A stretch of DNA of 64,000 bases from Candidatus Cloacimonadales bacterium. GTDB lineage: Bacteria; Cloacimonadota; Cloacimonadia; Cloacimonadales; JAIOQZ01. The position numbers were made by a program, and so were the translations under genes. The notes under the pieces were generated by a model. The model was not told where the DNA came from. It worked only from the letters and a program-made list of their open reading frames with translations, and did no database searches. Shown piece by piece: positions 59,586 through 64,000 of this stretch; position 1 is the first letter of the stretch, and every line of letters begins with the position of its first letter. Where the stretch lies: positions 1,536,001 to 1,600,000 of the forward strand of contig OY762463.1 in assembly GCA_963665815.1 (NCBI GenBank). Direction: 5' to 3'.

Positions 59586-61224
59586 AATTTTTAAAGATAT
59601 AAAATTCGCTTTTGAAGACTTGAAGCTCGAACTGAATGAGAACTTCACAGTTGAAATACCTAATAGTGTTAATCATGGGGATTTTTCAACTAATGCCTGC
59701 CTTATAAGTGCTAAACCTAATAAAATGTCACCTAAAATTATTGCTGAAAAAGTAATAGAACTACTCAAAACCAAAAAAATGTACAGAGAAATTGAAATTG
59801 CAGGTCCGGGCTTTATAAACTTCCATATTAAGCCTTCGCATTTCAAGAAGATACTCGTGAGTGTTAACGAAGAAGGTGATGATTACGGTCGTACAACATA
59901 TGGTAAAGAAGCAAAGATTCTCATTGAATTTATCAGTGCAAATCCTACAGGTCCATTAAACATTGTAAGTGCCAGAGCTGCAGCTTACGGTGATTCCCTG
60001 TACAGAATAATGAGTTTTGCAGGATTCAGACCTATAAGGGAATTCTATATTAATGATGCAGGTAATCAGGTAGATATTCTTGCAGAATCCGTTGAGCTGC
60101 GTTATCGCGAACTGCACAACGAGGATATTGGTGAATTCCCGGTGGAAGCATATCACGGAGAGTATATCATTGATCTTGCGGCTCTTCTTAACACAACCGA
60201 GGGATCAAAACTGCTTCACATCTCAGAAAGAGACAGACTTACTAAAATGAAAGAATTTGCTTTGGCAGAAATTCATAATATGCAGGTGGAAAGCCTTGAG
60301 AAATTTGATGTGCAATTCGACAACTGGGTTTCAGAAAAATCTCTTCGAGCACAAGGCGTTGTTGAAGAAGTATTGAGTTTCCTTGCAGAAGCAGACTGTA
60401 CTTTCGAAATGGAAGAGGCAATCTGGTTTAATTCCACAAAATTTGGTGATGATAAAAACCGTGTGCTGATGAAGGCAGATGGAACTATTACATATATTGT
60501 TCCTGACCTTGCCTATCACCTGACAAAACTTCAGCGTGGTAACGATGTACTTATAGACGTTCTCGGTCCGGATCACCACGGATATGTACCTCGACTCAGA
60601 GCAGGTATTCAAGCTCTCGGTTATGATGATTCCTGTCTGGAAGTAATTTTCCTCCAACAGGTTAATCTTTTTGATCAGGGAGAAAAGGTTAAAATGTCCA
60701 AAAGACTTGGCAAAATGGTTACAATGGATGACCTTATTGACGAAGTTGGTAAGGATGCGGCACGTTTCTTCTTTATTAACAGAAAACCGAGTGCTCATCT
60801 CAATTTTGATCTTGAACTGGCAAAGAAAAAAACCTCAGAAAACCCTGTTTTCTATTGTCAATATGCTCATGCCCGTATTTGCAGTATCATTAAAAAAGCA
60901 GAAAAAGATAAACTTAAACTTGCTAATTTCGATGAAAAGTATCTCAAAAAGCTCAACAAAGATGATGAAATGCTTATCATGCGTAAACTTGGGGACTTCC
61001 AACATGTTCTTTGTGGAATAGCTGATAGTCGTGAACCTCACAGACTTGCAGAATATCTTATTGAACTTGCCGGTATGTTCCACAAGTATTATCAAAAATA
61101 TACTATATCCAATAAAAGATACAAAGAGCTGTCAATTGCTCGACTTTATCTTATAAATGCTGTAAGGATAGTACTCAAGAATGGACTGAATCTGATTGGA
61201 GTAAGTGCTCCTACATCAATGTAA
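59572..61224 (+). CDS. argS: Arginyl-tRNA synthetase
   Basis: HGDFSTN, AGPGFINF, SANPTGPL, GPDHHGY, KMSKR, QYAHAR; likely ATG at 59572. Confidence 0.96.
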   Translation: MIKNRIFKDIKFAFEDLKLELNENFTVEIPNSVNHGDFSTNACLISAKPNKMSPKIIAEKVIELLKTKKMYREIEIAGPGFINFHIKPSHFKKILVSVNEEGDDYGRTTYGKEAKILIEFISANPTGPLNIVSARAAAYGDSLYRIMSFAGFRPIREFYINDAGNQVDILAESVELRYRELHNEDIGEFPVEAYHGEYIIDLAALLNTTEGSKLLHISERDRLTKMKEFALAEIHNMQVESLEKFDVQFDNWVSEKSLRAQGVVEEVLSFLAEADCTFEMEEAIWFNSTKFGDDKNRVLMKADGTITYIVPDLAYHLTKLQRGNDVLIDVLGPDHHGYVPRLRAGIQALGYDDSCLEVIFLQQVNLFDQGEKVKMSKRLGKMVTMDDLIDEVGKDAARFFFINRKPSAHLNFDLELAKKKTSENPVFYCQYAHARICSIIKKAEKDKLKLANFDEKYLKKLNKDDEMLIMRKLGDFQHVLCGIADSREPHRLAEYLIELAGMFHKYYQKYTISNKRYKELSIARLYLINAVRIVLKNGLNLIGVSAPTSM

Positions 61225-61225
61225 A

Positions 61226-61729
61226 ATGAAAATCATTGTAATCTCAGACACTCATGGAAACCAGAAGTTTCTCAGAAAAGCTTTAAAAAACGAAAACACC
61301 TTCAATTATGTCTTTCACCTCGGTGATAATTTCGATGATATCGATTTTAATGAGGACGTAATTGGAGGTGCTGAAGTTTTAAGAGTACCTGGAATATTCC
61401 ATCCCGGCTATCTTGACAGATCAATTCCCGCAACTCAGACAATTTCCATCAATAAAACATCTTTTCTTTTGATACATAACATTAACGACCTTAACAAAAT
61501 TGATTCTGACGTAAAAGTTGTATTTTACGGTCATACACATAAACCTGCAATAGAATCTTCCGGCGGTGTACACTTTGCTAACCCCGGTCATTTGAAGCAG
61601 GATCATCACAGAGGCAGTGATGCTTCCTATCTTGTTGTTTCGATTGAGGGCAAAGAGATAACATTCTGCTTCAAAAATTTGAACGGATCTACCTGGAGAA
61701 AAGAAAGGATTATTATTGATCATGAATGA
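61226..61729 (+). CDS. YfcE-family metallophosphoesterase
   Basis: ISDTHG, HLGD, GHTH, NPG. Confidence 0.9.
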   Translation: MKIIVISDTHGNQKFLRKALKNENTFNYVFHLGDNFDDIDFNEDVIGGAEVLRVPGIFHPGYLDRSIPATQTISINKTSFLLIHNINDLNKIDSDVKVVFYGHTHKPAIESSGGVHFANPGHLKQDHHRGSDASYLVVSIEGKEITFCFKNLNGSTWRKERIIIDHE

Positions 61730-62177
61730 TAATCCTGATACTTCTGTAATTCAAACTGCCATCTTACTCGTCCTGATAGGACTTATCTTATATCTGGTAT
61801 TCGGCAGAAAACGATTCAATCGAAGCCATCGCAGTCTGAGAATTTCATTTCATCCGGAATTATGGTTTTATTCCAAATGTATCGATATTGAGCTGGAAAC
61901 AGTTAAACCTACATCGGAAAACCTTAAAAAATATTTTGAAGAATATATGATGCACAAATACAAATTAAGCAAGAGAAAAAATATACTGGAGCAAGTAAAA
62001 GAGGTAGAAAAAAATTCTGACTTTGTAGATTACTACGAAAAAATGATGGATGATATAATTTCTTTGAAACATAAAGACAAATCAGAAGTTATACAGTATG
62101 TAAAATTCATTAAGAAAGAATACAATATAAAAGGTGCATCGGACTTGTCAGCAGCAGAAGACTGCAATAACTGCTGA
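61716..62177 (+). CDS. Hypothetical single-TM protein
   Basis: One TM helix followed by a charged domain; lies in an operon context. Confidence 0.6.
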   Translation: MIMNDNPDTSVIQTAILLVLIGLILYLVFGRKRFNRSHRSLRISFHPELWFYSKCIDIELETVKPTSENLKKYFEEYMMHKYKLSKRKNILEQVKEVEKNSDFVDYYEKMMDDIISLKHKDKSEVIQYVKFIKKEYNIKGASDLSAAEDCNNC

Positions 62178-62198
62178 TGCCTGATAATCGGAGGATAA

Positions 62199-63185
62199 AT
62201 GAGTATAGAGCAAATCAACATGAGAGTAATGGAGAAGTCTCCGGTACTCAATGATATCAGAAAAGAAGTTGCCAAAGCAATTGTCGGGCAGGATTATATG
62301 GTTACGAGAATACTCGTGGGCTTGTTAGCTAATGGTCACATCCTTCTGGAAGGTGTTCCCGGACTAGCGAAAACTCTCGCCGTTAATACTGTTGCCAAAA
62401 CTGTTGAGGCCAGTTTTAAGAGAATCCAGTTTACACCTGACCTTCTCCCTGCAGATCTTATCGGAACAATGATATATAATCCTGAATCTCGGGAATTCTA
62501 CCCCAAAAAAGGACCTGTTTTTGCAAACTTTATTCTTGCAGATGAGATAAACAGAGCTCCATCAAAAGTGCAATCTGCTCTTCTTGAAGCAATGCAGGAG
62601 AAACAGGTTACAATAAGTGACAAAACATTCAAACTTCCCAATCCATTCCTGGTAATGGCAACACAGAATCCGCTGGAGCAGGAAGGTACTTATCCCCTGC
62701 CGGAAGCACAGGTTGACAGATTCATGCTGAAACTTGTTGTGAACTATCCAAGCAGAAACGAAGAGAAAATGATTCTCGACAGAATGATTCGTGGAGAAGA
62801 CATCCCTATTAACAGTATTGTCACTCCTGAAACAATTCTGGAACTGCGTGAACTGACTAAAGATATTTACATGGAAGATAAAATTAAGGAATATATTCTG
62901 GATATAGTATTTGCTACCAGAGAACCTGAAAAATACAGAAACCTTAAAAGCATTAAAGATCTTATTGAAACAGGAGCTTCTCCTCGGGCAACACTATGCC
63001 TTGCACAGGCTGCAAAAGCGCACGCACTTCTTGAACAACGAGGTTTTGTAACTCCTGATGATATAAAAGCAATTGGTAAAGACGTTCTCAGACACAGAAT
63101 AATTCTGTCATATGAGGCTGAAGCAGAACAGATAACTCAGGAAGATATTGTATCAAAACTGTTTGATGAAATCGAAGTTCCATAG
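62199..63185 (+). CDS. moxR: MoxR-family AAA+ ATPase
   Basis: GVPGLAKT, RIQFTPDLLPAD, DEINRA, ATQNPLE, LPEAQVDRF. Confidence 0.95.
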   Translation: MSIEQINMRVMEKSPVLNDIRKEVAKAIVGQDYMVTRILVGLLANGHILLEGVPGLAKTLAVNTVAKTVEASFKRIQFTPDLLPADLIGTMIYNPESREFYPKKGPVFANFILADEINRAPSKVQSALLEAMQEKQVTISDKTFKLPNPFLVMATQNPLEQEGTYPLPEAQVDRFMLKLVVNYPSRNEEKMILDRMIRGEDIPINSIVTPETILELRELTKDIYMEDKIKEYILDIVFATREPEKYRNLKSIKDLIETGASPRATLCLAQAAKAHALLEQRGFVTPDDIKAIGKDVLRHRIILSYEAEAEQITQEDIVSKLFDEIEVP

Positions 63186-63194
63186 GACATTATT

Positions 63195-64000
63195 ATGGGT
63201 ACTGCTGATATTATAAAAAAAATCAGAAAAATTGAGATCTCCACCAGGAATATCGTAAGTGAGTTATTCTCGGGTGAATATCACAGTCTTTTCAAAGGAC
63301 AGGGACTGGAATTTTCTGAAGTTAGAGAGTATCAGTCCGGAGACAGCTACAAACAGATAGACTGGAACGTTTCTGCTCGCATGGGTTATCCTCACATAAA
63401 GAAATTTGAGGAAACTCGGGAACTCAACGTAATCTTTCTTGTCGATGCCAGTGCTTCTACCCTTTTCGGAACAACGAGTTCTCTTAAAGCAGAATATATT
63501 ACCGAAGTAACGGCCGTCCTCTCCTTTTCTGCCCTGTCTAACAACGATAAGGTGGGACTGCTCCTTTTTACAGAAGAAATTGAAAAATATTTACCCCCCA
63601 GAAAGGGTAAAAAATACGCTCTGAGAATACTTCGTGATATATTGTATTTTGAGCCGGAACACAAGAGAACTGACTTGAAAAAGGCTATTGAGTACATTTA
63701 CAGATTAATCAAGAAAAAGAGCATTGTCTTTGTTATTTCAGACTTTCATGATGAAAACTATGATGACAGTCTCAAGCTGCTTGCTAAAAAACATGATGTG
63801 ATTGCCCTTAGAGTACTTGATAAAGCGGAACTTGATCTTCCCGCAGCAGGAATAATTGACTTTGAAGATCCTGAAACAGGAAAAACACTGACAGTAAACA
63901 CGAATTCCGGAATGGTGAGAAAACGTTTCAGGAAACTTGTTGAAAAAAGAGAAGCAGATATAATCGAACGTTTCAGAAAAAACCAGATTGATCTCGTAAA
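63195..64000 (+). CDS. DUF58 (VWA-like) protein, partial, runs off the window end
   Basis: Not in the ORF track. ATG at 63195 reads MGTADIIKKIRKIEISTRNIVSELFSGEYHSLFKGQGLEFSEVREYQSGD...IDWNVSAR; usual MoxR partner. Confidence 0.9.
   Translation, partial: MGTADIIKKIRKIEISTRNIVSELFSGEYHSLFKGQGLEFSEVREYQSGDSYKQIDWNVSARMGYPHIKKFEETRELNVIFLVDASASTLFGTTSSLKAEYITEVTAVLSFSALSNNDKVGLLLFTEEIEKYLPPRKGKKYALRILRDILYFEPEHKRTDLKKAIEYIYRLIKKKSIVFVISDFHDENYDDSLKLLAKKHDVIALRVLDKAELDLPAAGIIDFEDPETGKTLTVNTNSGMVRKRFRKLVEKREADIIERFRKNQIDLV

Noticed and set aside
62160-62198. C-terminal CNNC-TGA-TGC as possible selenocysteine readthrough
   Set aside because: Readthrough adds only 7 residues, no SECIS-like hairpin is evident, and the segment carries the moxR ribosome site
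1-64000. CRISPR arrays, IS elements, prophage or defence genes
   Set aside because: No spaced direct repeats, transposase, integrase or phage motifs seen; nearly all sequence is explained by genes

Overview
AT-rich, gene-dense bacterial chromosome segment, mostly housekeeping. It is probably from the FCB superphylum and most like Candidatus Cloacimonadota; this is an inference from the PorV homolog, the PNPFNP/FlgD-type secretion tails, a C25 gingipain-like protein and GGAGG ribosome sites. Left to right: three tandem LytS-type kinases (one partial, one degenerate), a LytTR regulator and a frameshifted beta-propeller lipoprotein; a long + strand run kdsC-lptC-lptA-lptB-rpoN-lpdA-lipA-hpf-hprK-ptsH-ptsI-pgi-pgi/pmi-metK-PP2C; tRNA-Leu(CAA); and a porV-M6 protease-3x DUF5683-like cluster. 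A - strand block follows, with a PorW/SprE-like TPR lipoprotein, two MIO ammonia-lyases, FapA, PgeF and a SiaABC module. The right half holds mtaD-like, truA, clostripain, a DnaA-box cluster (candidate oriC) before mnmG-kdsB, a lipoprotein with a sigma54-type promoter, a C25 protein, recO, a LamG secreted protein, a prenyl synthase plus DGGGP-synthase-like gene, glmU-like, HIT, rsfS, argS, moxR and a partial DUF58 gene. I saw no mobile elements or CRISPR arrays. Best leads: (1) a Sia partner-switching system whose output is a PAS-DHp protein rather than a diguanylate cyclase; (2) an ammonia-lyase paralog with an Ala-Cys-Gly MIO triad; (3) a TPR lipoprotein stalk carrying 21 Bacteroidetes-type O-glycosylation motifs; (4) an archaeal-lipid-type gene pair; (5) the candidate oriC. 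All calls come from reading motifs by eye; no database searches were run.
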